Assembly (NCBI GenBank): GCA_964016885.1
Contig: OZ024740.1
Span: forward strand, 82,522,001 to 82,586,000
DNA from: Eledone cirrhosa
Lineage: Eukaryota
DNA length: 64,000 nucleotides
Direction of reading: 5' to 3'
Both the position numbers and the translations under genes were made by a program. Positions 38,561 to 56,652 of the stretch are shown one piece after another. The notes under the pieces were generated by a model. The model worked only from the letters and a program-made list of their open reading frames with translations. It made no database searches and was not told the origin of the DNA. Position 1 is the stretch's first letter; each line of letters opens with the position of its first letter.

Positions 38561-40459
38561 TTTCGAATGAAACTAAGAGAATGTGTGTGTGTATATGTAA
38601 GAAAAACGTGTGTGTGTGTTTGTAAGTACGCAATTGTGAGCAAAAATATGTTAATAAAAGGGAGTGTGTGTATGTATACAGAGCTGTGAAGAGAAATGTA
38701 GTGTGTGCGTCTATTTTGTTGGTCTGTATCAGCTGTAGGAGTATAATCTTTCTAACCATAAGAGAGCCATAGGCATCTAGGGGTGATTGTACAAGCGCGT
38801 GTGTGATAACGATCATGGTAAAAGTGACGGAGGCAAAGGGTAGAGAAGCAAGCACGGACGTATATGTGTAATATTAAGGAAATTGGGTAGGGGATTTGAG
38901 TCCATGAATGAAACAGGATCCAAGGCGGAAAATCAGACTCTCTTCAGTCCTGCTGTGCAATTCGATTAAATTGATTCTTGTTCTTTCTTTTAAATGCAGA
39001 TGTTGCAAATACCATCATTTGCAGGCTCGGTGTATATCATAATATCAAGTTTACATACGTATAAAACTAATTATTTAGTTCTGCTTAACAGATTGTGGCT
39101 ATTCTATAAACCGTTATAGAGGAGGTTATCCATATAATATGCTCATTTGTGTCTAGCACTTCTTAATTTGCCTTGGTAAACATTCTTTAAATAACGAATA
39201 CGAAACGCAGCTATATTTATATGCATACATATGTTTATCCATAACTAGATATTTTCAACAAACCTCTAGAGAAAAGAGTAACATTGGGTAAGATTATAGA
39301 GCAACGGCCATTGCGAAAGTTAAATTATAGATAATAAAAACGGAAACTCCGATAATCAATACCGTTAACTCCGTTCATAAAAATGTAAAAACGTTAGATA
39401 AAATTTTGTCATTATATAGTCATGTTTCAACTTTATGTATCTTTTAGAGATGCAAAATGATAAAATATATAGACAATACGAATATCTCTGACACTAAATA
39501 TACATTTTCAATGACAATGCACTATATTTATTGTTTTTCATAAATTATCTGATTAAATGCAAATGTTTGTAATTTTTTCTATTGTCAGACAGATACAGTA
39601 AAATATTTATTGATCAGATACCTCTATGAATGTTAGGATTTTAATGAATGTGATTTGAAATCGAAACTTTTAGGACTTGTCTCTTTGCCATAATAGTGCA
39701 AATATATTAAACCCCCAACGAAATGTTCCGTAAGTAAAATAAATATTCAAACAGTAGATCATGATGGTAGCGATTATACAGTCGGTTGTAGAGTCGTAGG
39801 AGGCCATCTACCTGAAATCATGAAAGGTATGTTTCCCTTACTCTCGTGGATAAACAATATCTCGCATACATACAACAGTCCATACTCGTCTTTTCTTTTG
39901 TTACAAAGGTTGTCCGCATATCGGAGAGGTAGGTAGGTACGAAGGTCACAAGGTGCAAGGTGTTGAATGCTGTACATAAATAATATGCACCCTGTGTAGA
40001 CAAGAGCAAATTATATTTTAACCATATCCGAACATTTCACTATTATATTTGAAAATAAGAAATGGCATATTACTATCTTCATCTAGAAACTTACATTGTC
40101 TGTGTGTCATTAATTAAAAAATCCAAGGGATGCTTAATGATCTTTATGATGGCGTGTGAGGAGACAGGCATTGTGATATCACCACGTATATTTACGTAAC
40201 TACCGTGGATCCACAACTGCATATATGCTGCTTACAGATCCAGAGTTTTGGCATAAGAGGGAGGAAAAAACGACGTTGCGCGTACTATCGTTGTTTAACT
40301 GATGCACAGTTCACACAGCGAACACGGCGATGAGACTGGAAGGAGAGATGAGGAGAGTGGGAGAGACGGTGGCAGTGACAGTGGGAGTTTGGTTCCTTTG
40401 TGTTCGGATCTGATCTATATGTATATATTTATTTACCTCCCTATATACTTAATATTACT

Positions 40460-40550
40460 TTCTGAGTTCAAATCCCGCCGAGGTTAACTTTGCCTTTCAT
40501 CCTTACGGGGTCGATAAAATAAAGTACCAGTAATGTACTGGGTATTTGCT
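40460..40550 (+). mobile_element. SINE family A fragment
   Basis: B box plus core. Confidence 0.8.
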
Positions 40551-41341
40551 ATTAGTGTCATAGGCATCATGTGGAGAGTCAGAATTTAAAAAGATGTTCT
40601 GCTTGAGAGAACACAATTACAGACAGCACTGGTTGAATTTGTAAGAGGTATAAGTGAAAAGCACAAGCAAGAAAATACAGGCAAAAAGGTTATAATCAAG
40701 GAAAATTGGTGTACAATGCAGGAGTCAACACAGTCACTAAGGCATGTATGAGGAAAGAGTTATAATACAGTTGAAATAAACATATTTTGTGTGGGGAGTT
40801 AAAGCATGTTATAATTGTTAGAAATATATCTATTTATATGCATATATATATACATACAAAGTGGTAAAACGATCGAATTTTAGTTTAGAACATTTATTTG
40901 CTGACAATTAAACATCGTAACGGTTTACCAACAGCTTAATAGCGGTTAATACAAACCCTAGAAGAGATAATTTCTACATAAAAAATGCATAATATAATAT
41001 ACCTACAATAACAACATGGCCAGTAATTCAGTGGAAATTACATTTAACAAACAAACACCTATTGACTATAAACGACTCAAAATAATCCCATGGTTAATGG
41101 CTGTGAGTTATAAACAACATATACACATACATACGAAGTACAACGCAAAAACACTTCAATTAAAATAACATATCCAACTCTATCACGTTCTTTGCACCAC
41201 ACCTCACATAACAAATACCTACATTATCACCACATGCATCTCTAACAAATTGAAAACTATCTTAAACTTTTCTAACAATTATAACATATATATATATATA
41301 TATATATATGAAAAGTGTAATTTTCTACACAAAACGAAGGT

Positions 41342-41552
41342 TATAGAGAAAATTGAGGTTGGTAATGGCACATGGAATATATAAGAAACAGAATACTTTT
41401 TTGTGAAAAAACATAATTTTATAAGGTAAGGAAATAATAAATTATACCCTTTATTATTTCCTTACCTTATAAAATTATGTTTTTTCACAAAAAAGTATTC
41501 TGTCTCTTATATATTCCATGTGCCATTACCAACCTCAATTTTCTCTCTATAT
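41342..41552. repeat. ~100-bp-arm inverted repeat with 10-nt spacer, next to (TA)n
   Basis: GAGAAAATTGAGGTTGG...GGAAATAATAA / TTATTATTTCC...CCAACCTCAATTTTCTC. Confidence 0.85.
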
Positions 41553-41619
41553 ATATATATATAGGAAAAAGTATGATCCCGACGGCAGAACTCAAGCCGC
41601 TCGACGGCTATTTCTGGAC

Positions 41620-41689
<70 letters not shown>

Positions 41690-42151
41690 AGATCGATGAT
41701 TTCCTTCGAATGAGACATTTCTATACCCGTAGAAGCCTTTTCCATATTAAATAATATATATATATATGTATATACAAATAGGTCTACCTTTGCGGTAGGG
41801 TCTATATCGTAGTAGAAACTCAGTGTAATCCGTTAGCAAGTAATGCAGGAAGATCCAGAGATATATACCTATTCATATCATTGTTTTACGATTGTTTAGG
41901 AGGGTTGATCATATTGACATATTGTCTAATATATTGCACTAATATATGTATTTCGCTGAGTCAATCGATTAGATAGAGTCTGTTATATTAGATATTAGTT
42001 GAACAATTATACTAATTTCCGAAGACGACAGTATGAATGATACTATATATTATGTCTGATAGTATACATTTCTCTAACTGCTTAAATCAGTCAATATATC
42101 AATATGATCAACCCTCCGAATCGATGGTAATATAATGAAATGGATATTAAA

Positions 42152-42332
42152 ATAACTGTTTCTACTATTGGCACAAGGCCAGATATTACCCAGTACATTA
42201 CTGGTACTTTATTTTATCGACCTTGTAAGGATGAAAGGCAAAGTTAACCTCGGCGGGATTTGAACTCAGAATGGCAAGAGCCATAACTCTATGCGTCAAA
42301 GCATGGCGTCCGACCCTCTACCGATAATGCCA
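42152..42332 (-). mobile_element. SINE family A, near full length
   Basis: Reverse complement resembles 60714-60910. Confidence 0.85.
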
Positions 42333-42407
42333 TCGACAAATGGATATTAAAATAACTTGCCCTCGTTGTTATCATCATTGTTAAACTAATATCGAATATA
42401 TATACAC

Positions 42408-42485
<78 letters not shown>

Positions 42486-42522
42486 TAATAATAATATATA
42501 TATATATATGTGTGTGTGTGTG

Positions 42523-42597
<75 letters not shown>

Positions 42598-42688
42598 CAT
42601 TAGATATTAGTTTAACAATGATGAACCTCATAGTAACACTTTGTACTGCACTCTTCGTTATTGTTTTTGTCTTTTGTTTTAACAAACT

Positions 42689-42719
<31 letters not shown>

Positions 42720-42966
42720 TTATATATATATACATATATATATATATATGCATATATATATTAAAGCTAAAAAGTTGATCCTGTTACTCTGGAGCTTCGC
42801 CTCTTTATCACAGAGTCATTTGACAAGAAGTCTTTTCTGATATCCCAGTGAAAAACAGGCGAAACCTCTGAGTAACCAGACTCATATTTTAGCCTTTAAA
42901 CAAATGAATATGAAAACTCTACTTCAGTATTTAGTACTCCAATCACTTAGCCCTCAAAAACATGGT

Positions 42967-42998
<32 letters not shown>

Positions 42999-43094
42999 TA
43001 TCAGAACAGTAAAAAGAACAAACAAAAAAATTAACACACTAAAATACTGCCAACAGCAACACACATATTCAATGGCTATTACCCTGCTTGAGTA

Positions 43095-45065
43095 AATAAA
43101 ATATAACCTCCAGCAATGCATGATGACCATCATCAATAACCAGAGAATAGCGCGGAAGAGAGGTGGGCCATTGAGAAAATCAAACTCAAACCCAAAGTGT
43201 TCTTCTCATTCGCTAAAAAACACAAAGTCACCGTCTCCACTGTTGGCCCCCTAGTTGATGAAAATGACACACTCCAGGACAATGCCAAAATCATGGGCGA
43301 GATACTGCAGAAACAATACTGCTCTGTTTCAGTAACCTTGATATGGCCGATCTGGGCCATATCAGCGATATTAACCCCCAACACACTATATCATACATAA
43401 CGTTTGGCGCCCCTGATGTCTTAGCGGCATTAAACGAAATTAAACACAATTCAGCAGTACGCCCCGACAGGGTCCCTGCTTGTGTTCTGAAGGTGTGTCG
43501 ACACCAACTTGCAACTCCTCTTGCTAATCTGTGGAGGAACTCACTGGACACAGGCTACATTCCTGAAAACATTCTGTCCCAGTCCGTTGTCCCAGTCTTC
43601 AAAAAGGGAAATAAGTCCTTGCAGTGAACTACCGTCCGATCTCTCTCACCTCTCATATTATCAGGGTATTTGAGAGGGCGGTGAGATCACGAATAACCCC
43701 CTTTCATGAAAGCAACGGCCTGCTGAACTCAAACCAACATGTATTCCGTAATGGAAGGGACTGCCTAACGCAGCTCCTGTATCAATTTGACGATGATTTG
43801 AGAGCCTTGGGAGAGGGCTCTAACACTGATATCATCTACCTTGATTTCAGCAAGTCCTTCGACAGGGTTGATCTTAAGATTCTACTGAAAAAAAACTATC
43901 CAATGTTGGTGTCTCTGGAAGGTTACTATAGTGGATCAAATGTTTCTTGTCAGGCGAACCCAGCATGTTGTAGTCGAACGAGTAAAATCAAGTTCTACCA
44001 AAGTCAGCAGTGGTGTCCCACAAGGCACTGTGTTGGGCCCACTTCTTTTCATCATTTACATTAATGACATTACTGACATCATCAAACACAGCAACATCCG
44101 AAACTTCGCAGATGATTCCAAGCTCCAAAGGGTCATCAAAGAGGTGGGTGACCGGACTTGCCTTCAGTCAGAACTACTGGCTGTTATCAATTGGGCAGAG
44201 ATGAATAATATGCTGTTGAATGAGGATAAATTTGAACTAATCCACTTTGGAAAAAAAGGATGCCCTGAAACTACCATACTCACTTCCTTCGGGTGAAACT
44301 CTAGTAGCTTCCAATAATATCAGAGACCTGGGAGTAATTGTGGACAACAATATAAGCTGGGCCACTCATATAAACAGCAAAGTTGATATCGCCCGCAGAA
44401 TGTGTTCCTGGATTCTCAGAACTTTCCAGTCGAGAGATATCCACACTATTGTCCTTCTCTTCTCCACTTTTGCCCGACCCCACCTTGAATACTGTTGTCC
44501 ACTGTGGTCACCCCACACGAAACCAAGTGTCATGAAAGTTGAAGCACCCCAAAGCTCAATTACATAAAAGATAGTTGGCAAGACAGGCCTTGACTATTGG
44601 GGTCGATTAGAAAAGATAAAACTTTCTCTTCAACGTCGTCGTGAGCGCTACATTATCTGTATGATGTGGAAAATATTTCATTAGCTTAGCTCAAATGATG
44701 TTGGCATCACCTTTAGTGTACACCCAAGGATTGGGCCCCGTGCTATCGGCCCACGACAAAGATCCCACTCGCATCACATAACAACAATACGGCACAATTA
44801 TTTCACCTTAATTGGCCCTGCACTCTTTAACATTACACCAAAACATATCAAAGCAGAGACAGACCCCATCAAGTTCAAGAAGTCTTTGGATAAATTCCTT
44901 CAAGAAATCCCGGATAGGCCTCCTACACCCAGATATGCCTCCGTAAACAATAACTCTCTGCTCGAGTGGGCCATGGGGCCAAAAACTGATTTGTAAGACT
45001 TCGCCAGGTGGTGCTATTAAGTTGGACATGGCCTGGCCCAATACTGACCGAAACCTATGAAAGTT
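43095..45065 (+). mobile_element. CR1-like LINE, 5'-truncated, decayed RT, intact 3' end followed by (TA)n
   Basis: NYRPISLTS, DFSKSFD, GVPQGTVLGP, FADD, RDLGV, RPHLEYC motifs. Confidence 0.92.
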
Positions 45066-45088
45066 ATATATATATATATATATATATA

Positions 45089-47598
<2,510 letters not shown>

Positions 47599-48353
47599 GA
47601 GAGAGAGAGAGAGAGTAATAATAATAAATTTGAAGACTAAAATCCAAAGAGGGTTCGATAAGGATAAATATATATATGTGTGTGTTGTGCGTATGTGTCT
47701 GTGTATATGTATTCACATATATATATATATATATAATTGTGTATATGTGTGTGCATGTGTGTGCATGTGACGAAAGTTACCAATCAAAATCAAGAGACAT
47801 AGGTGGTGGTATATATTTATATAATGCCTTCGATTCCAAATGCAATTAGTTGCACTATTGATAAGATGAAATGAAGTGAAGAATCAGCTGGTGTTTATAA
47901 GTGTCCATTAGCCAAATCTTTGAAATGATACAATCAAGATAGACATCCAGGCTGAATTATGTTGATTTGTTTATTTCATTGCCGTCAACACATTGATATG
48001 TAGATTACTTCAACATGCTGCAAATTCAGCAATTAGTCTGCCATTCACCTACAAATTGATGAAATCTAATCTTTTACTAAGAAATACTATTTCACACTAT
48101 ATTAATCCCAAACCAATATAAATAGAGTCGTACACATGCTGGCATGCATCTGTATGTTTGTGTGTTTGCAAATTCGTACGTGTTTGCATGTGTTTATACA
48201 TGTCTGTGTGCTGGCATATTTACATATACATATAACACGCGCATACATACATGCACATACACATACACACACATATATATGCACATATGTAGTCTTAAAT
48301 AAACGAGATCACTTTAATTTATCAATATATTTTCTGCTTATTATTTATCATAA

Positions 48354-48515
48354 CGGGCGGTGAATTGACAGTATCGGTACAGGGTTGGACGCCATACTTT
48401 TAGCATAGGTACGTCGAGGTTAACTTTGCCTCGTCCTTATTGGGTCGATCAAATAAAGTACCAGTAATGTACTGAGTAATTGCTAGCCTTGTGCCAAAAG
48501 TAGAGACAATTATTT
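48354..48515 (+). mobile_element. SINE family A with internal deletion
   Basis: A box and 3' core present; B-box region missing. Confidence 0.75.
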
Positions 48516-49426
48516 ATCATGAATACCAACGTTTTCTAAGTTACATAGGACATTTCCTACGTAGATGTCGCTATCCTTCGTTTAAGATCCGGATATATAT
48601 TTTAGATATCAGACAGTGGAATTCGGAATAATTTTATATTATACCGGAATATTTTCAACTATTATACACATATTCCATGAGCCGAATTGTTAAGAGCCAT
48701 CTACTTTCAAGGATTCACAACGTATTATTCTTTATTTCCATTGTACCCATTAATATAATGTGTTTTTTTTTTTGTGATCAGTGGGTACCCCCACACAGCT
48801 TCCTTCTGATACCTCAATCAAATTAATCATTGATGGAGTTCTCACTAGAATCCAAAGAAAACGCGGGAAAACTCTCCCAAGTACACTATTCCAGACAATA
48901 TCGATTGATATTATTTGCACAGTTACGTTTCAGATGACTTTAGCGACAGCACATAAATGTAAACCTCTTTACATATAACTCATTCCAATAAAAGTTTCTA
49001 TAGGAGAAATCATATGAGGTTAATGTTACAAAATGGTAAATTCCGAAATAGAAACACATCTAATATACACACTTATCGTTTAATATATATTATTTTATAA
49101 TATAACCTGTCGTATCAAATTAGATATCATTGCCTCACTATAACAATGATCAATACATAAACACACATACTGACAAACACACATAAACAAGGTGGAGAAA
49201 CATAGAGATACAACGAATATCTATCTATCTACCTATTTACCTATATATTATATATGTCTATATAACTAATTCCCCTCTCACTCTCCCACTCTCTTTCTAT
49301 ATATATACGTGTATGCGTCTTTGTCTGTATGAGTATGTCTGCGTTAATGTGTGTCTGCGTATGTGTGTGTGCGTGCACCATTACAGAATATGTATTACAC
49401 AGGAATGGGACACCGCATCTATATTT

Positions 49427-49745
<319 letters not shown>

Positions 49746-49843
49746 ATATATATATATATTTGCTCTTCGGTTCTTATATATTTGATATATATTTTCCTTA
49801 TCGACCCCTCTTTGTATTTTAGTCTTCAATTTTATTATTATTA

Positions 49844-49880
<37 letters not shown>

Positions 49881-50012
49881 ATACTTTGGGACGGTCATGT
49901 TGCCAATAAGAAACACACGCACCAGTTGCTTTCACTTCAATTTATTATATATTTATAAATTTACAAATTTATAAATTTATAAATTTCTGGTTGGTTGGTT
50001 GGTTCCACAACG

Positions 50013-50047
<35 letters not shown>

Positions 50048-50089
50048 TAAGGTAATGAATTATTTTACAATAAAAATAATTACAACCAA

Positions 50090-50360
50090 ATCGAGTTATT
50101 TTCCTATTCATATCATTGTTTTAGGACCGTTTCAGAGGGTTTATCATATTGATATATTGTCTAATATATTGCAGTTATATAACTTCCTATATAGGTTCGA
50201 TCAGCCGTATTTCTTCGGAAACAATCATGCTATATATTAGACAATCTGCGTTATATTAGACAGCATATCAATATGATCAACCCTCCGAAACGATCGTAAA
50301 ACAATGATATGAATGGGTAAATAATTCGACTTTGTTGTCATTATTTTCATTGTTATATTA
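50090..50360. mobile_element. Decayed fold-back pLTR fragment with HHR 3' half (GAAA-CGATCG-TA)
   Basis: Arms ~50090-50170 and ~50250-50345; homolog at 41865-42140. Confidence 0.6.
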
Positions 50361-50643
50361 ATAGATAATATCTAACACTGTATCTAAATAATTAACTCAG
50401 CGGAATACTGAAGCTTTCTATGGATTACTCACCAAAAGATTACATTGAGTTCAATCTACGGTACGGACCTTACCACCAAGGGTAGATAACACTGAAACAA
50501 AATATATATACATCCATATATATATAAAATGGCCTGCTGAATCCGCACTTGTATTCTTCATCTCCCCCAATTGTTGATCCACATTCCCTGTTCGTTCCTC
50601 TAAAGATTATTTTTCTTTCTATTTATCGACTACTTCTAACACT

Positions 50644-50681
50644 ATCTTCTGATGAAGTACTATTGTCCGATACGTTAAGAT
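50644..50681 (+). ncRNA. Degenerate minimal hammerhead
   Basis: ATCTT-CTGATGA-..-GATA-CG-TT-AAGAT (GAAA changed to GATA; weak stem II). Confidence 0.45.
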
Positions 50682-50791
50682 TCCCTTCCTGCTATTTCAA
50701 GATTTAAACTAATATAATTCTTGCTGTAATGTGCCATATGTTTTATTTTTGCGATATCAGATTACCTTTGCACACCCACACACACGCACAC

Positions 50792-50887
<96 letters not shown>

Positions 50888-51096
50888 ACACACACATACA
50901 CACACATACACACACACGCATACACACACACACACACCTACATACACACACATATAATAGACCGCCCGAAACACCCGTCGGGTCACGTTCGCTTGAAAAT
51001 GATCTTTAAATAATTAAAATATACAGATTTGTATATAATGTAAAAGGAATTTAGAAAGCCCAAACGCAAACACACACATATATATATATACACACA

Positions 51097-51832
<736 letters not shown>

Positions 51833-51871
51833 CCTCATTACACAATGCTTCAAGTGAACTATAACTTCCTC

Positions 51872-51914
<43 letters not shown>

Positions 51915-52041
51915 ACACACACTTACGAACGCTTCATGAGACATATGAATTAATTTTCAGTGGAACTCTAGCTAGATACATTTATGCTGTATTCGATTCT
52001 TTCAAGTTACTTTTTATAATTTTGTTCAATAACACTACCAG

Positions 52042-52131
<90 letters not shown>

Positions 52132-52792
52132 ATCTCTATCTATCTCTCTCTCTCTCTCTTCCATTTTATTTTCTGTCTCCTCCTCTCTTTCTTCATGCCT
52201 CTATTTCAATCTACTGTCTCATAACCATTATTTGTTTCTTTCGTTCAATAAAATAAAGTACCAGTAATGTACTGGTTAATTCCTGGCCTTGTGCCTAAAG
52301 TAGAAACAATTATTTCTTTCTTTCGTTCTTTCTCCCTCTATATTTATGAATGTATCTAGAAATTCCTAGGGAAACCTTGCTACGCTTTATGCGAAACATG
52401 TTTTATTCCATTTGTATTCCCATACACACACATACATCCCACGTATGCACGCACACACATATACACGCATCACACACATGCATACACACATATACTTATA
52501 CATATAATTATGTACGTCTGTAAGTATATTCGCGTGTGCACAGACATATTTCTAGAAGGACCAATTTAGCGAACTCCCGTAACAAAATATTCGTTAATAT
52601 TAATATACTCGATTTATATTTTGTGAAATATATTGCAGCTGACAGAAATATATATATATATATGCAAAAGTTTTATTTAAAATGTTGGGTTACAACGAGT
52701 AAATATTTTATAACTGATATAAAAGCACTCAACAGATTTTGGAGTATTTTACGATATTAAACAAATGGAAATTACATTTATAAAACCATATT

Positions 52793-52858
52793 TATTTCAT
52801 TATATATATTTCAGGGATATCATATTAAAAATATGTTATGCCCTCTTCAGATAAAATA
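52793..52858 (-). ncRNA. Type I hammerhead ribozyme
   Basis: TATTTTAT-CTGAAGA-GGG..CCCT-GAAA-TATATA-TA-ATGAAATA. Confidence 0.82.
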
Positions 52859-55212
52859 CAATATATAGACAGCTTTATGAATAAAATTTGACATACCTTA
52901 GAGTTCACAACTTCCATTTAAAAAGTTGTACGGTAGTGAAAATGTTAAGGACGGTTAGAAAGAAAGACGGAAAGAAAAAAGGAAAAAGAAAAAGAAGAAA
53001 AGAAAAAGAAAGAGCGGAAGGTGAAGAAGTTGAAGAAATGTATGTAAAGAGAAAATCACCAAATGAGAGATCTATGAGGGAAGGGGGTACTGTAATTATT
53101 CATTTGTTTATTTATTTATTTAGTGTTAAGGATACGGGGAGAAATAAAAACAAAATAAAGAGAGGTAGATCGAGTAATATCTATTATACGAGGCGGGAGA
53201 GATAAGGGAGGGGTGATATACAGGAGATAGAGTTAAAACAGCTGATATAAGAGTAGAAGGGAGGAGGAGAGGAGATATACTTAGAAACAAAAATGATAGT
53301 TTTAAAATATTATGTTTCATCAGTCTATCAATTCCTATGAATTATAATGTAAACATCAATATTCATGAATGAGACACATATCAATAATGTGTGAAAAAAT
53401 AGTGACTATATGTTTAGTTTAAAAATTCATAGGTTTATATTCAAAATCTGAGATAAAACCTCAAAAAAAATACTGGAATACATAGGTATATATGTATTTT
53501 CATGAAAAAAGAGAAAAGAGAAAGAAAAAGAGAAGGTTATCTCAAACTGACATTATAGACACATGTGAGTTTACATGGTCAGCTCTGTAAATTTTTATTT
53601 CACATCGAACTCTTCATTGCGTTAAACAGATTTTACCATACACATAAGTGTACATACATATATATATACATAAAATATACATTATTAATAATAATAATAT
53701 TCTTGCTCTTTCTTACATGATTATCGTACAAGCATAGAATAGAACAGATATAAATATATTAAAATATTAAAAACGCCAAGAATATTTTCCTCCCCAGAAT
53801 ATCTAGGGCCGTAATAAAAACACAGTGGGCCCAGCGTATCAATCAATCCCTCCAATTTATTTGACAATACTGCCAAGTTTATTAGAAGCAATCAGAGTCA
53901 AAAGCAAACAAAACCAAAATTATTCACCAAACTCATTTAGCAGAAATCATTCAAAAAAACTTTAGGATGCTCGGTTGTTCTACAGATGCTCTTATATTTA
54001 TTCTAGAAGTTTATCTAGCATAAAAATTTTATTTGAATAACATTTTTATGCTAGATAAACTTCTCGAATAAATATAAGAGCATCTGTTGAACAACCGAGC
54101 ATCCTAAAGTTTTTTTGAATGATTTCTGCTAAATAAGTTTGGTGAATAATTTTGGTTTTGTTTGCTTTTGACTCTGATTGCTTCTAATAAACTTGGCAGT
54201 ATTGTCAAATAAATTGGAGGGATTGATTGAAATGCTGGGCCCACTGTGTTTTTATTACGGCCCTAGATATTCTGGGGAGGAAAATATTCTTGGCGTTTTT
54301 AATATTTTAATATATTGATATCTGTTCTATTCTATGCTTGTACGATAATCATGTAAGAAAGGGCAAGAATATTATTATTATTAATAATGTATATTTTATG
54401 TATATATATATGTATGTACACTTATGTGTATGGTAAAATCGTTTTAACGCAATGAAGAGTTCGATGTGAAATAAAAATTTACAGAGCTGACCATGTAAAC
54501 TCACATGTGTCTATAATGTCAATTTGAGATAACCTTCTCTTTTTCTTTCTCTTTTCTCTTTTTTCATGAAAATACATATATACCTATGTATTCCAGTATT
54601 TTTTTTTGAGGTTTTATCTCAGATTTTGATTATAAACCTATGAATTTTTAAACTAAACATATAGTCACTATTTTCTCAAACATTATTGATATGTGTCTCA
54701 TTCATGAATATTGATGTTTACATTATAATTCATAGGAATTGATAGACTGATGAAACATAATATTTTAAAACTATCATTTTTGTTTCTAAGTATATCTCCT
54801 CTCCTCCTCCCTTCTACTCTTATATCGGCTGTTTTAACTCTATCTCCTGTATATCACCCCTCCCCTATCTCTCCCACCTCGTATAATAGATATTACTCGA
54901 TCTACCTCTCTTTATTTTGTTTTTATTTCTCCCCGTATCCTTAACACTAAATAAATAAATAAACAAATGAATAATTACAGTACCCCCTTCCATCATAGAT
55001 CTCTCATTTGGTGATTTTCTCTCTACATACATTTCTTCATCTTCTTCACCTTCCGCTCTTTCTTTTTCTTTTCTCCTTTTTCTTTTTCCTTTTTTCTCTC
55101 CGTCTTTCTTTCTAACCGTCCTTAACATTTTCACTACCGTAACAACTTTTTAAATGGAAGTTGTGAACTCTAAGGTATGTCGAATTTTATTTATAAAGCT
55201 GTCTATATATTG

Positions 55213-55278
55213 TATTTTGACTGAAGAGGGCATACCATATTTTTAATATGATATCCCTGAAATATATATAATGAAATA
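55213..55278 (+). ncRNA. Type I hammerhead ribozyme
   Basis: Mirror copy of 52793-52858. Confidence 0.78.
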
Positions 55279-55318
55279 AATATGGTTTTATAAATGTAAT
55301 TTCCATTTGTTTAATATC

Positions 55319-55368
<50 letters not shown>

Positions 55369-55398
55369 CTGTTAGCTGCAATATATTTATATATATAT

Positions 55399-55506
55399 TA
55401 GAAAGTGATTTTTTTTACAAAATGAAAATTAACCGAGGTGTCCTACACGAGTGAAAGTATAAGGAAAAAAGATGAAAACGAAAATGCAACTGGAGTCTTA
55501 TTTTTT

Positions 55507-55565
<59 letters not shown>

Positions 55566-55640
55566 TTCCTTCATCGGTTTCGCAGTTCTTCTGCTTTTCA
55601 AAAGTAGAGTTGAGATGGAAGGTCTGTGGTTTTTCTCCCA
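55399..55640 (-). mobile_element. pLTR fragment of the 11.6-12.3 kb family
   Basis: Colinear with 11625-11832; decayed UUGAAAA hammerhead at ~55566-55603. Confidence 0.75.
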
Positions 55641-55705
55641 TTGAAAATTAAGTCATATGTATCATGAAGCGTTCGTAAGTGTGTGTGCATATATGTGTAT
55701 CTGTT

Positions 55706-55775
<70 letters not shown>

Positions 55776-55802
55776 AAAGAATAGAGGTGTAACACACAAG
55801 TT

Positions 55803-56618
55803 ATTATATATTGGTAAACGGAATAGGAAATGCTGACAAATTGTTCACAGTTGAAAAATGGTTTAATTAGGAATAAAAGAGTATTAGTGATTGTATGGGT
55901 TAGTATTCAGTTGTGGTTTTAAGTTTTTAAGTCTTTACCGGTTGCGCATTTCTAAATGCTTTTCAAAAATAATTTTGAGATAGAGTGTCCGTGCTGTTTG
56001 CTCTGATCTAATTAGTTTTGGGAATTGTACCTGTTTTTATGTTAAAAAAGTGGCTCCAATTTGCAAAAATTCTTGTGGTCAAAACAATTTTGATTGGTCG
56101 GTAGAGGTCATGTGAATGTAAAAAATTGATTTTGCGCCAAGACTGTTTTTATGTTAAAAAAGTGGCTCCAGCAAAAATTCTTGTGGTCAAAACAATTTTG
56201 ATTGGTCGGTAGAGGTCATGTGAATAAAACATTGGTTTTGCGCCAAAAACAGCCTCCTCCAACGCATGACTGTCCATATATCCCAAATCAAAATACGGGA
56301 ATACAGGAAAATACCACCGAGTGAACACATTGATACCTGTGCCGCCCCAAATCATCCCAACTTCAGAATCTTTCCCCTCTACAAATTTAAAGATAATACC
56401 ACCCACACCCAGCGCATCAGCAAGGAAGCTTACTTCATTAACATATACGGACCCCGTCTAAACACTTCTCCCTAAGACGAACCCACAACATACACACGTC
56501 AACATACATACCTACATCAGCACACATCTCTACCCATATATAAACACAATGACATACGTAAACACACATGCTCTATGGTGCAACACAAGAAAATATATGT
56601 GCACATATATATATATGT

Positions 56619-56652
<34 letters not shown>

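Larger units (their letters stand above)
52626..55388. mobile_element. Large fold-back (arms ~1.3 kb, ~13-bp spacer at 54029-54041) ending in HHR-bearing pLTRs
   Basis: Mirror ORFs 53126-53320(-) and 54750-54944(+); HHRs at 52793-52858(-) and 55213-55278(+). Confidence 0.9.

Noticed and set aside
39710-40010. Host exons on the minus strand (also weak candidates at 14.8-15.5 kb and ~37.0 kb)
   Set aside because: Splice sites do not give a consistent gene model and the peptides are unrecognisable
52626-55388. Inverted repeats as assembly or chimeric-read artefacts
   Set aside because: Arms carry independent substitutions and indels and end at biologically sensible pLTR/(TA)n boundaries; not fully excluded without reads
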